A stretch of DNA of 64,000 bases, taken from positions 59,398,001-59,462,000 of the forward strand of contig CM052817.1 in assembly GCA_028534125.1 (NCBI GenBank). Reading direction: 5' to 3'. Below the pieces are notes generated by a model. That model saw only the letters and a list, made by a program, of their open reading frames with translations, did no database searches and was not told the origin of the DNA. The position numbers and the translations under genes were made by a program. Below, piece after piece: positions 39,809-53,628 of the stretch (position 1 is the stretch's first letter; every line of letters begins with the position of its first letter). The stretch comes from Lama glama. Its lineage: Eukaryota.

Positions 39809-41349
39809 CATACAGAAATCAGTTGCATTTCTTAACACTAACAATGAAATATCAGAAAAGGAAAGTAAAGAAGCAATCCCTTTTAAAATTGCATCCGAAA
39901 AAATAAAATACTTCAAGATAAATCTGACCAAGGAAGTGAAAGACTTATATGCGAAGAACTACAAAACATAGACTAAAGAAATTAAAGATAACTTAAAGAA
40001 ATGGAAAGATATCCCATGTTCTTGGATTGGAAGAATTAATATTGTTAAAATGGCCATACTACCCAAGGCAATCTACAGATTTAATGTGATCCCTATTAAA
40101 CTATCCAGGACATTTTTCACAAAATTAGAACAAATAATCCTAAAATTTATATGGAACCACAAAAGACCCAGAATTGCCAAAGCAATACTGAAGAAAAAGA
40201 ATGAAGCTAGAGGAATAATCCTTCCAGACAATACTACAGAGCTACAGTAATCAAAACAGCATGGGATAAACCATAAGCAAAACAAAAACACAACCTATGG
40301 AATGGGAGAAAATATTTGCAAAAGATGAGACTGGCAAGGGTTTAATTTCAAGAATATATAAATAGCTCATACAAATTAATACGATAAAAACAAACAACCC
40401 AATCCAAAAATGGGCAGAAGACCTAAACAAGTAATTCTCCAATGAAAACATATAAATGGCTAAAAGGCACATGACAAAATGCTCAGGATCGTGAATTATC
40501 AGAGAAATGCAAATCAAAACTACAATGAGGTATCACCTCACACCAGTCAGAATGGCCATCATTCAAAAGTCTACAAACAATAAATGCTGGAGAGGGTGTG
40601 GAGAAAAGGAAACCCTCCTACACTGCTGCTGGGAATGTAGTTTGGTGCAGCCCTTATGGAAAACAGTATGGAGATTCCTCAAAAGACTGAAAATAGACTT
40701 ACCATATGATCCAGCAACCCCACTCCTAGGCATATATCAAGAGGGAACCTTAATGTAAAAAGATACATGCACCCAATAGCCAAGACATGGAAACAACCTA
40801 AATGTCCATCAACAGATGACTGGATAAAGAAGCTGTGGTATATTTATAAAATGGAATACTACTCAGCCAGAAAAAAAGAATAAAATAATGCCATTTGCAG
40901 CAACTGGCTGGACCTCAAGATTGTCATTCTAAGTGAAGTAAGCCAGAAAGAGAAAGAAAAATACCATATGATATCACTTATATATGGAATCTAAAACAAA
41001 CAAACTTATTTACAAAACAGAAACAAGACTCATAGACATAGAAATCAAACTTATGGTACTGGGGGTAAGTGGCTGGGAAAGGATAAACCGGGAGTTCAAG
41101 ATTTGCAGATACTAAAAAATATATATAAAAAAGATAAGCAACAAGTTCACACTGTATAGCACAGTGAACTATACATAATAGTGAAAATGGTGAAACTATA
41201 TTCAATAATGAAATATATTTCAATGGTGAAAAAGAATATGAAAATGAATATACATATGTTAATGTATGACTGAAGCATACTGTATACTAGAAATTGACAC
41301 AACATTATAAACTGACTATACTTCAATAAATATATATAATACAAAAAAA
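39809..41349 (+). mobile_element. Young 5'-truncated L1 (ORF2 3' part and 3' UTR)
   Basis: ORF2 peptides ([25 protein letters not shown]...[18 protein letters not shown]). Poly(A) tail. TSD aaagggctttg 39798-39808 / aaagagctttg 41350-41360. Confidence 0.95.
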
Positions 41350-41689
41350 AAAGAGCTTTGACTTTTAATGCGATCTAAGTGGGTAGGCACCCACTGAGGA
41401 GATCTGAGCAGAGAGTGACGTTATCTTAGCTTTCTTATAGTTAAAATGATCTCTTTGGCTGGTTCACTAAGAACAGGCTACAGAGAGCACATAGAAGAGA
41501 TTCCTTATAAGGTTAGTGCAGTGATCCAGTCAAGAGATAAACTTGGCCCAGGTCAGTGTTGGATCAGTATATGTGAGCACAAGCGAGGACTTTGTGTATT
41601 TTGAAGGTAGAGGCAGTGGGATGTCATGGGTATCTCTAAGGATTTTGATCTGAGCAATTGGAAGCATAAACACATTTGCCTGCGTTCTG

Positions 41690-43380
41690 GCAACCTAAAA
41701 ATTTTAAAGCTTTTTTTCTCTCTCCCTACCCTTTATCCAACATACAATATTAAAATTGAGATAGGATAGCTATAAGAAAAACTCCCATATGGAATAGAGA
41801 ACAATGGAGAACACATAGCTGCTAGTTATCCAAAGCACCTATCACTTAGGGCTGGATGAGCAGCAAAACCCCCTGCTGCCCCGCACTACAGTAGAGAGCA
41901 TTCCTGGGTTGGTCCGTATCACAGCCTTTGGTTCCATTCTCTCTAAAGGACTCCTCTGTCTATCAGCCTCATTGTCCCTGACTCTGCCTACTGGGAGTTT
42001 CTTCCTCATTTATTATTCTCTATCTCCACAACTGAATTGACCAACAGAAGGTATGCCCTCCTTGAGGGTTTAAATTATTTCACAACCTATTTCACTTTGG
42101 TACAGTTTCTGGGACCTGGGAGTGATCTTGAGTGTCAAACAAGTAGAGACTTTTGCAGGCTAGGCATATAGATTTGGTTGGTAATACAATCCCTTAAAAC
42201 ACAGTAGGCTTTGTGTCTATTTACTTCCATACAGTACCGTGAATGAGGAGATAGGCAAGGTTAGATTCTAGACATATTTCTAATCCTGAAAAGTTATCCT
42301 ACTCTGTGTTCTGTGTATTTCCTACTCCACATTCCTTCATGGAGTCTACCTTGAGGCTATCTGAAACAAAGGCTTAGGAGAAACAGAAATAACCTCCATC
42401 TGAATTCTGCTGTTGAGTTGCTGCCCACTGCCTACGAAATAACTCAAGGATAGCTATTTAAGCATGTGAGACCACAGACTTCCCTGCTTCCAAGGTTGCT
42501 TTTTCAGGGTCACCTCTTATCACTACTTCAGTTTGGTATACAAAAGCAGTTGGGTTTTTCAAGCTTGCCAGGGTTGAAATTATCAGAATTTTGATTAAAA
42601 AAAGATCATAGGCCAGGACCAAAACAATCTTCCTTATGGAAATTCTGTTCTCTAATATCTCTTCTTTGAAACTCCTTATAAGTTCTCTATGATGTTACCT
42701 CTGTAACAGAACCTTGAAACAAATGTTACTAAGAAAACACTTTTCAGTATTCTGATTTTTTTTCCTATTGTATCCCCTCAAACCACAGACTCTTCTTCTT
42801 TTGTGTTCTGACTTCTGAAATCTCCAGTATCACAGAAAGTTCTATTGGACAAGGCTGGTAACAAATGTTTTATTTTGTACAACAAAAGTAACTGAATTCT
42901 GACCTGCCGTAGCTGTATGCTTGAGACCTGCCACACAAACACTAAGCTGATGATTGGTATTTGAGACTTGTAACAGCAACCCTACTTCTAGAACCAAATT
43001 CTGCATATGTTTGTGCATAATTACAAGTCATATAACAATAAAAAACTGAAAGTGGCTTTTTAAGTTATGTGTTTATCTATTTCTAGCACAACAGCACAAA
43101 TGAAGGCACTACAGAGACCTACTCTTCTATCTTGTCCCATTATCCTTAAGATGTTGTTTTTGTTTACATATCCAAGGAGATTCCTTAGCAAAATATTTTA
43201 ATCAGCCGGGAATTGAGAAAACAAAAGTAAAGGCCACATGCATGATCTTTTTGAGCATAATATGAAAGCTGCATTACACCTCATGTTCCATTGTCCTGAA
43301 CTTAATCACATGGCTGCTCAAGGCAATCAGATGTGTCTGGAAAGTGTGTCTTTATTTTTGATAGATAGTTACATCTAAAT
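41690..43380 (-). mobile_element. MaLR internal sequence plus LTR relic
   Basis: gataggatagctataagaaaaactcccatatggaatagagaacaatggagaacacatagc, MLT1-int-like. Confidence 0.5.
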
Positions 43381-43439
43381 TCTAAGGTTATTAAGACCAT
43401 CCTTAACTTTTCAGTTATATTTAAATTATATTAAGAGAA

Positions 43440-44810
43440 TTCTTATAGGGGTCTATGACTATGTAGGAGAAGAGATGTGTCAACAAGTGGTCCTCACAGC
43501 TGCGGTGGGTGATGATCAGCTGGCAACCATTGTGCTGGGAGACTGAAAATGTGGAGGTATTTGTCCTGAGGGGTTTAGAATTCACAAACTAGCCTCTACC
43601 TCTAGGGTTCTTTATGCAGTTTCTTTAGAGGGTTTTTTAGCCTGCTAAATTTAGATGCTAGCTCCCAGGCATACTGTTCACAGAGATTTGAAAGAATCAA
43701 TTTACCTCATAAGTCTGAACAAACCCATTGGATCATTCCTGCCTTCCATCAGCCTTAGGGCTTCCAACAGCTACTCTCTGAAGGATTGCAGGGAAAACTG
43801 CAACTTCTTAGCTATAGCTTCTTCTATGCACAGCCTAGGTTCCAGTCTCCTCTAGCTTGCTGCAGTCAAAGAAATTGCTCATTTAACTGAGAACCTCAGC
43901 AAGAACAGAGAACCCTTCATCTGTTGTCTGTTTTCTGAAAATCTGTTAAAATTTCTTTCTTGCTAGCGGTGCCCCTGTTTCCCTTTGTTCTATTGTTTTG
44001 CGTCCTTTTCTATTTCTTTTAATACTTTTGTAATGAGGACTTGGAATTTGAAGATATAACTATATATAATAATTCTATCATGGTGGACTTGAAATACCTT
44101 GTAGCAACTTAGTTTTATTTCACTTATTCCTTCTCTGATATTCTTCTTTTCTTTATATCAATCCAAGTTCTCACCTATGTCATCTTCTTTCTGAAGAACT
44201 TCTTTTTAACACTTCTTGCAAGCCATGTTTATTGTCCATAAAATCCCTCAATTTTTGTTTTCTTAAAGTCATTATTTCTTCTTTATTTTTTGAATGATAA
44301 TTTCACTACATACAGAATTCTTGGTTTCAGGTCTTTTCTTTCAAAACTAAATATTTACTCTCTTCTTGCTTGCATGGGTTCCGAAAAGAAGTCTTACATA
44401 ATTCTTATCATTTTTCATCAGGTTTCACCATAATCTAGTGTCTTTTAAGATCTTTTCTTAGTCTTTGGTTTTTTTTTGCAATTTGAATATGATATGCCTA
44501 GGTTTCCATTTCTTTTCTTTCCTTTTTTTTTTTTTGGTGTGAGTCGGGGCAGTATTTATCCTGCTTCTTCTTTGAGGTTCCTGAATCTTTGGTTTGACGT
44601 CTACTCCCTGTAAGCTGTGAGTCTCTGTGTTTTCCTATCTCTCTAATTTGGGGGTTGGGGGTGTGGCCTGCCCTGTGTCTTCAATTTTCTGGTGGATCTT
44701 AAAAGAGTTGCTGATTTTCAGTTTCCTTATATTTTGTTTCTTGTTGTAAGGCTAAGAGAGATGACTTCCAAGTTCCTTACATGTTAAATCAGAAACTGGA
44801 AGCATCCCGC
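43440..44810 (-). mobile_element. Old L1M 5'/ORF1 fragments
   Basis: tgaatgataatttcactacatacagaattcttggttt...gcaatttgaatatgatatgcctagg...cagaaactggaagc. Confidence 0.65.
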
Positions 44811-45949
44811 AGTATGTTTTATAAAGTGGAAAAGCATGTTCAATTCCTATTAGCCTCATTTTCCGACCAAGAAATCTAACACTGAGGAAACTTTAAGTTA
44901 ACACGGTTTTGTGAAAAATGTGTTCTGTCAGAACAAAACTCTTTTCTTTATGGTACAAAGATAACTGTTGAGATTCATAGACACATGTACTTGCCTTTAA
45001 TAAGATTTCAAACTCCTCTTGCATATATGTGCAAACTCATAACATAATTGGGAAAAACAGCCTGTGTTTATCTTCTGATAGATAGCCATCTAAGAGGAAG
45101 TACCTGAACATGTGCCAAAAATAACTTATTTATTCCAAGTCTGGTAGATAACATAGGATAAAATTCTTTAGAGACAATTTCTGACTTTGTTTCTATGTAA
45201 GATTTTTAGTAAATGGAGTAATACATTGAATAGAGAACACTCAACTTTTTCAAAAATAATCAAGATGAGCAGAAAGTTTTCTACAGCTTACAGGTATGGA
45301 TTAAAAATAAAAAGATATTTTTCACATAATAAGAATAAGCAGAGCCTAACCTATTAAATGTCAAAATGTCACTTGTACAGTGACTCACTTATGAGTAAAT
45401 GGACAGAGTTGTATATTGACAATCTTAAAGATAGTGTTCAGTGTCAAGAAAGCCTAGTCCAAAATCTCGGAACTGACTATAAATGTCATTCAAAATCTCT
45501 GATATATATATACATAGCCATACCCTACACATCAACCAGATAGCAAGCATCATGCTATAGGGAACACTTCGCCTGACTAGTGATTGAAAGCAGTTTCAGA
45601 ATAGGGAGATGAAAGGCCTTTTTTAATTTAAAACACCAGAATTATAGATTTGCATCTAAAAATTAATTTTTGAAGAGATATATCCTAAACATTCTGCTTA
45701 TTGCTTACAACACCCTGTTGTATACTCAAATATATATATTAACATACTTACAACTTGGAAAGGTCATATAGTAAAGCCAACTACTTAACTTTATTTAACC
45801 CAGGACTGTTGAAATTTACTCAACCAAAGAGGTTTTTTGTGGTGGGTCTCAGTTATTAATTCTGTGGAATACACTTCAGGAGATATTGTTCCCAAATTTT
45901 TATTTTTTACAATTTTTCAAGTGTATGGAACATGTAACCTTCATTATAG

Positions 45950-46180
45950 GTCCAATCTTAGAAACTTGTTCTATATTGTTCAAATGAATATACAATATAA
46001 TTATGTAATTTTTATTGATATAACTATTCAGAATTTAGAATCTGAATTTTTCTTTGAGTATTCTGCTATACAGAGACATTCCTATATGAAATTGATCAAA
46101 ATTCCCCAGACAGCAATTGTAGAAATTTTGCATTTCACAGCTGTTGAAAGAAATTGAATCCTCTACAAATAGAAGATGAA
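45950..46180 (+). pseudogene. Best candidate REJ-like exon (231 nt, phase 2-2)
   Basis: Acceptor aaccttcattatag|, donor aa|gtaagc. Reads SNLRNLFYIVQMNIQYNYVIFIDITIQ...HSYMKLIKIPQTAIVE...; two stops near the 3' end. Confidence 0.6.
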
Positions 46181-47169
46181 GTAAGCTTGTTTTTTCTCAA
46201 CATATGACAAATAAAGACCCAGATTCAGCAATAGATTTAACAAGTTATTTGGGGGCACAAATTATGTGTCAGATATGATATTAGTATGTTGTTCTATACC
46301 TCCAATTATCAGAAATTACTATAACACAAAAGAAGCAGGCGACATTGTTCCAAGAAGCAAGTCACACCACATAATTGAATCTGACTTCCCAATTTGCTGG
46401 ACTGTCCCAGAAAGAAAAGTGTGTGCTATTTTCATTCCATTTTAACTTGATCTTCTGAGATACCACATACGTCTGTGGGGTTTCTGTCCCCTCTTTCTAA
46501 AAATCAATCCTTAAAATTATGTCCCTTTTCCTAACTTACATTGGTCACTAGTGGGAAGGCCTGAGGAAGTATAAATGACTATATTGAGATATTTATGCAC
46601 CAGCATCCATAATTGAGGACCTACTTTTAAAAACAATTTAAAACAAACATAGAGATAGGTGGAGAGTGTATCCATTTAAATGTCCTTGGTAAATATTTCC
46701 TCTTCGAATTGAACCCCAGAGTAGACCAAAGAACATACAGACACATTATGACCATGCTTTTCCTGACTCAAAAGGAAAAGGAAAATAAAAATTTAAATAT
46801 CTCATTCTCTATAACTGTCACTCAGATACATTTCAACATTATGTGACAAATCAATCAATCTGGTTTCTTCAAATTTTTCAGATTGTTTCCTATCAACATT
46901 TTACTTAGGATACAAAGAGAATGTCTAATAATGGCAAGATATTTCTACATAATACAGCATAAGCTACACTAAATGTTCACTTAGATAATTTTATAAAACA
47001 ATGAAGCAAATTTTTATAATAAATTTGAAGTGATCATTTTAAATTAAAAAATGTAAAACAAAAACAAAAACAAAAACAAAAACAAAGACTGCTGCTGTAA
47101 TGGCCAAAATGAGGGAAAATATTTATCTTTGTTTATACATCATTGTAATGGTTTATGAGTTTCTTCTAG

Positions 47170-47292
47170 ATTTTGACATTTGCAAAAGTATAAGCATTTC
47201 ACTAAGAAAAGACACATCAATTTTTTTCTTTAGGAGAAAACTATTTGCATGTTAACAGCTTAAAAACATTGTAAGGACCTTACTATGCATTG
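47170..47292 (+). pseudogene. Candidate decayed exon (123 nt)
   Basis: Acceptor tttcttctag|, donor TG|gtaagt. Reads ICKSISISLRKDTSIFFFR /frameshift/ GENYLHVN /frameshift/ HCKDLTMHW. Confidence 0.5.
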
Positions 47293-48229
47293 GTAAGTAA
47301 GGTGACAAGAATGTTAGATCAGGAACCAGTTTAATCACCAGGGGAAAATAAAACATAGGTACAATTTCCTTTTCATACTATAACTGATACAGTACAGATG
47401 CATCAGAAGGAAAGGAAAATCAAATAAGATAAATACTTGTCCAATTGTATAACTGACTTTATTCTTACTGCTTCTAAATATTAATGAGGTATATCTATTT
47501 CTCCTCACCTCCTGTTTCAATTTACCACAGAGAAAAACATTAATAATATTTTTGTATAATTATGTGAACAAAGAAAATTTCACTTTTTGGATACTGGGTT
47601 TAAAGTATTTTTAAGTTGTTTTAGTCTTGCAATATTTCCAAATGATTCTTTATACATTAAATAAAACATTAAGAATAAATGAGATCTATTTGAAACAGGA
47701 CTGTGGATTTGTATCACTGAATAGAAACAAGCTGTTGGTTGCTCTTTGTATCCTGAATATTTATCTAAATGTTTGAGTGGTGTATAGATATCTGAATAAT
47801 TTAGAAATCAAATTCTTTATTAGAAAGGCTCTGTTCTTTTTCCTTACTTGCTCTCATTGATTCTCACACTTAGTCCTTTTTACACTCAAGATTGAGCGTA
47901 TGGAATATAAGGAGAAAACCCCTAAGGCCAATCCCTCAAAACCGTAACAAAACCTACTTAGTTGAGTGCATTAGGTTGGATGAATATTGGTTTGCCTGTG
48001 TAACATCCTGCATAATCTCCCTCTCTAAATGACTGACAGAACTATCTCCTTCCTCTTCTTATATGGAACCTTGGAAGAATCTTGCCAAACAGAATAGATA
48101 GCATGGAGACTCTGAAACAATTTTAGTTATTCTCTTTCAATTTCTTTGCTTCTAACTAGCTCTTCATCACAGATAACAAAAGAGTAAGTCATATTTACAT
48201 GTTACATCACCATGAGAGAAAAAAAGATA

Positions 48230-49120
48230 ATTTATTCAACAAATATTTACTAAATGTCTACTGTATGTTCTAAACACTAGGGACACAACAGTTAAAAGAT
48301 AAAATCTCTGCCTTTAAAAATCTTACATTGTGAACTGAGAAGAAAGGAACAGTGATAAAGAAAATACCAACCCCAATATGCAACTTAATATGAGAAGGTG
48401 ATAAATATTAAGAGGATGCTGGAGGGAAGTGGTATTTAGATAGGACAGTAAGGGAATAACTGGCATAGACTTTAAGGAATGTTTCATATGTTCTAGAAAC
48501 AGCATAACCAGTGGAGTTGAAGTTCAGTGAATAAATGGGAGGGAGCAAGGCAGTAAGAAATGAAGCATGGATTAGAGCCAGAGACCTGCTCATTTGTATT
48601 TCTTTAGTTGGCCATGGTGTTTTCTAATTTACTTATATTTTATATAATTTTGAGCAGACAAACATTATGCACATATCTGCATTTAGAAAGTTGCCTTCCA
48701 TGTATAGAATGAAGGGAAGTCAAGGGGTAAAGCAAGAACATCAATTAGGAAACAATTTCAGTGGCATATGGAGTCCAGCAGTAGTAAGGGAGATGCTCCA
48801 TAAGAGGTGGTCAGATTTAGGATTAAACTTAAAAGATAGCTCTGAGAGGTACACATGCTGATGGGTGGGATTTAGGATATAAGATAAAAGGACAAACTAA
48901 ATATTACTTTGGGTTTTTTTGACTCAAACAATTGTAAGGATAAAATTGCCATCAACTGAGTTATAGAAGGTGACAGATAAAGCAGATTTGGGGGTGAAGA
49001 TCTGGACTTCAGTTTCTGAAATGTTAGGTTTTGAATGTCTATTAGTCATTCAAGTAGAAATGTACAGTGGGCAATTAGACGTTTGAATCTGGAGTTAATG
49101 AGAGCGGTCTAGAATGTTAA
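48230..49120 (-). mobile_element. L2 element
   Basis: ttattcaacaaatatttactaaatgtctactgtatg...tttgaatgtctattagtcattcaagtagaaatgt. Confidence 0.85.
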
Positions 49121-49379
49121 GTGATATTTAAATTTTCCTAGTAGTATTTCAGCTATAATCCTTAATTAAAGAAAAGGTTAAAGTACTGGGTTGTGGGTAT
49201 TTTAACTTTTGGATATAAGAAAAAAATCTGAAAAGAACACTTAAAATAATCTACTTTTCAGTGTATTGCTTATCCTGTTTCACGTGTTCTAGTACCTCTG
49301 TCTTCTACTTAATGTTGTAAGTCACTATGCTTGATCACATCTGTTCCATTTATTCTCTTTCCCAGAAACTCCACTTCAG

Positions 49380-50510
49380 AAGCCCTCCATTTTCCACTAG
49401 AATTACTGTCTATATCCACTGCCCAGCTATCATTCTGATACTTTTCTTCATTTCTTTCCTGTGATGGATCCTGTTTCTAAAATTTCATACATTCTCGTTC
49501 CTTGGTTTACTCTCTCTTTTTGCCGTATCACCTGAAAAAGTATGCATGAGGACTAAATATTTTGAGAAATTTAATGTCTAAAAATAACTGTTTTACCCTC
49601 AAACTGATTGGTAGTTTGTTTTAGTGTAGGATGTATATACATTTTTAAATGTTTTAATATAGGAATTTAAAAGCTTTGTGATACAATTTTATACATTACT
49701 ATGTGGTTAACAATTCCATTTTAAATCATATATATTGTATATGATTTTTATTCTTTTTGGAAAATTTTGGAATTTTGCTTCTATATTTTGATATTCTGAA
49801 ATTTTATAGTATTGTGACTTGCTGGTCCTTTTTTATTAACAGTACTAAAGACTCAGATAAAGACTTAGAGATTTTTTAATCTGGCTATACATGCTCCTAA
49901 ATTCTAATTTTTTTCTAACGTTATTTATTTAATATTTTCCTCAGTTTTTTTCTCCTTTCCTAGAATTAGATATTGATGTCTGTATTAATGCTCTGATTTT
50001 TCTTAACATTTATTTTCTATTTTCCATAACATTTAACTTTGTTTTATTTTAGTGAGATTTTCTGAATTTTATCATTAAAATATTCTATTGATTTTCTTTG
50101 CTGTTATATGTTCATTTCCCAAGAACTTTTTCTTATTATTTGATTGATTTTATTTTATACTAAAATGTCATTTTAAAAACTTTAATCATTAAATTATAGC
50201 ATATATAAAGAAAATACAAAAATGGTACACAGTTCAATAAATATTTACAATTTGAACACATGTGTAACCACCACACATACCAAAATAGAGGATCACCAGC
50301 ACTGCAGAAGTCCTCCCACAAACAAGGCAAACACACACAGACGTCCCCGTACTCCCGCATCAGTGCAAACAACCACCCTGACTTCTAAGCAACAATAGTA
50401 CCTTTAGCTCCTTTTAAAGTTTACATAAGTAGAATCATATGTATGTACTTTTGTGTTTGCCTTATTTTACTTTAGTATTTATGAAATTTATGTTGTTGCG
50501 TGTAGTTATA
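49380..50510 (-). mobile_element. Old L1ME-type fragments (host of the young L1; continues 53629-54000)
   Basis: catgtgtaaccaccacacatacc...tttatgaaatttatgttgttgcgtgtagttata. Confidence 0.6.
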
Positions 50511-50581
50511 TTTTTTTTAATTCAAGTATATTTGTTTACAATGTGTTAGTTTCAGGTGTACAGCAAAGTGATTCAACTATA

Positions 50582-50612
<31 letters not shown>

Positions 50613-53600
50613 TATGTGTATATATTCTTTTCAGATTCTTTTTCATTATATGTTATTACAAGATATTGACTACAGTTCTCTGTGCTATGCAGGTCCCTTT
50701 TGGTTATCTATTTTATATATAGTAGTGTGTATATGTTAATTCCATACTCCTAATCTATCCCTCCCCCACCTTTCCCCTTTGGTAACCATGTTCGCTTTCT
50801 GTGCCTGTGAGTATTTTTCTGTTTTGTAAACAAGTTCATTTGTATCATTTTTTTAGATTCCACAAATAAGCAACATATATTTGTCTTTCTATGTCTGACT
50901 GACTTCACTTAATATGATAATCTCTAGGTCCATACATGTTGCTGCAAATGGCATTATTTCATTCCTTTTCATAACTGAACAATATTCAATTATATATTTA
51001 TTTATATATATGTGTGTGTATATATATATACAGACACACACATATATATATACACATAATACACACACACACACACACACATATTTATCCATTCATCTGT
51101 TGATGGGTATTTAGGTTGCTTCCATGTCTTAGCTGTCATAAATAGTGCTGCTATGAACACTGCGGTGCATGAATCTTTTTGAATTATAGATTCTCCAGAT
51201 ACATGCCCAGGAGCGGGATTGTTAGATCACATGGTAATTCTATTTTTAGTTTTTATTAGAAACCTCCACACTGTTCTCCATAGTTGTTGCACCAATTTAC
51301 ATTCCCACCAGTAGTGCAGGAGGGTCCCCTTTTCTCCACATCCTCCCCAGCATTTATTATTTGTAGATATTTTAATGATGGCCATTCTGACCAGTGTGAG
51401 GTGATACCTCACTGTAGTTTTGATTTTCATTTCTCTAATAATTAGCGGTATTGAGCATCTTTTCATGTGCCTGTTAGTCATCTGTATTCTTCTTTGGAGA
51501 AATGTATATTCAGGGCTTCTGTCAATTTTTCACTGAGTAATTTGCTGTTTTGATATCAAGCTGTATGAGCTGTTTATGTATTTTGGAAATTAATCCCTTG
51601 TCAGTCACAATATTTTCAAATATTTTCTCACATTTGATAGGTTGTCTTTTTGTTTTGTTTATGGTTTCCTTTAATGTGTAAAAGCTTTTCAGTTTAATTA
51701 GATCCCATTTGTTTATTTTTATTTTTATTTCCATTACTCTAAGAGACAGACCCATAAAAATAATGCTGTGATTTATGTCAGATTGTTCTGCCTATGTTTT
51801 CCTCTAGGAGTTTTACAGTATTCCGTCTTAAATTTAGATCTTTAATCCATTTTGAGTTTACTTTTGTATATAGAGTTAGAAAATGTTCTAATTTCATTCA
51901 TTTACATGTAGCTCTCCAATTTTCCCAAAACCACTTACTGAAGAGACTGCCTTTTCTTCATTGTATATTCTTGCCTCCTTTATCAGAGTTTAATTGGCCA
52001 TAAGTGTGTGGGTTTATTTCTGGGGTTTGCATCCTGTTCCATTGATCTATATGTCTGTTTTTGTACCAATACCATATTGTTTTGATTACTGTAGCTTTGT
52101 GGTATAGTCTGAAGTCGGGGAGTCTGATTCCTCCAGCTCTATTCTTCTTTCTTAGGATAGCTTTGGCTATTAAGGAACTTTTATATTTCCATACAATTTT
52201 TTTAAAAATTTTGCTCTCATTCTGTGAAAAATGCCATTGGTAATTTGATAGGGATTGCACTGAATCTGTAGATTGCCTTGGATAGTATTGTCATTTTAAC
52301 AATATTGACTCTTCCAATCCAAGAACATGGTATATCTTTCCATCTCTTTGTGTTGTCTTCAATTTCCTTCATCAGCATCTTATACTTTTCAGATACAGGT
52401 CTTTTGCCTCCTTAGGTAGATTTATTCCTAGGTATTTTATTCTTTTTGATGTAATGGTAAATGGGATTGTTTCCTTAATTTCTCTTTTTCATATTTTGTT
52501 GTTATTATATAGACATGCAATAGATTTTTGTGTATTAATTTTGTATCCTACAACTTTCTGGAATTTACTGATGAGCTCTAGTACTTTTCTGGTAGCATCT
52601 TTAGGATTTTCTATGTATAGAATCATGTCATCAGCAAATGATAACAGCTTTACTTCTTCTTTTCCAATTTTAATTTCTTTTACTTCTTTTTCTTGCCTGA
52701 TTGCTGTGGCTAGAACTTCCAAAATTATGTTGAATAAAAGTGGTGAGAGTGGGCATCCTTGTGTTGTTCCTGGTCCTAAAAGGAATGCTTTTTGCTTTTC
52801 ACCACTGAGTATGATGTTAGTTGTGGGTTTGTCATAATGGCCTTTATTATGTTGAGGTATGTTTCCTCTATGCTTATTTTCTAGAGAGTTTCTATCATAA
52901 ATGGATATTGAATTTCAGCCAGACTTATCAAGAAAAAAAGGGAGTGGGCCCAAATCAATCAAGTCAGAAATGAAAAAGGAGAAGTTATAAATGACACCGT
53001 AGAAGTACAAAGGACCATGAGCAACTATCAGGAGCAACTATACACCAATACAATGGACAAGCTAGAAGAAATGGAAAAATTCTTAGAAAGAAACAATCTC
53101 CCAAGAACCAGGAGGAAACAGAAAATATAAACAGACTAATAACCAGGACTGAAGCTGAATCCGTAATTTAAAAACTCCCAACAAACAGAAGTCCGGGACC
53201 AGATGGCTTCACAAGGGAATTCTACCAAATATTTAGAGAAGAATTAACACCTAGCCTTCTGAAACTATTCCAAAAATTTGAAGAGGAATGAATACTTCTG
53301 AACTCACTGTATGAGACTGCCATCACCTTGATACCAAAAACAGTCAGATACCATTAAAAATAAACTCACAGGGCACTATCACTGATGAAAATAAGTGCAA
53401 AAATCCTCAACAAAATCCTACGAAACAGAAGCCAACAATACATTAGAAGTATCATACAACATGATCAGGTGGGATTTATCTCAGGGATACAAGGATTTTT
53501 CAATATCCACAAATCAATCAGTGTAATACACCACATTAACAAATTGAAGAGTAAAAATCATATGATCATCTCAATAGATGCAGTAAAAGCTTTTGATTAA

Positions 53601-53628
53601 AATCAACATCCATTTATAATAAAAACTC
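50511..53628 (-). mobile_element. Young L1 with 5' inversion (minus 50511-52915, plus 52916-53628)
   Basis: ORF2 peptides on both strands (SFADDM on minus; HDQVGFI on plus). TSD tgtagttata 50501-10 / tgtagctata 53629-38. Confidence 0.93.

Larger units (their letters stand above)
39140..41670 (-). mobile_element. L2 interrupted by a MER63-like element and a young L1
   Basis: L2 antisense sequence on both sides of 39809-41349 (aggaatagtaaacagaccagcatggctg / tttgaaggtagaggcagtgggatg). Confidence 0.7.

Noticed and set aside
50889..51114. Cys/Val/Tyr-rich ORFs (also 1515, 7564, 35938)
   Set aside because: Translations of (CA)n/(TA)n microsatellites and AT-rich low-complexity DNA.
25431..53600. 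Reverse-transcriptase-like ORFs as a functional gene or novel RT system
   Set aside because: All are fragmented L1 ORF2 pieces with stops and frameshifts.
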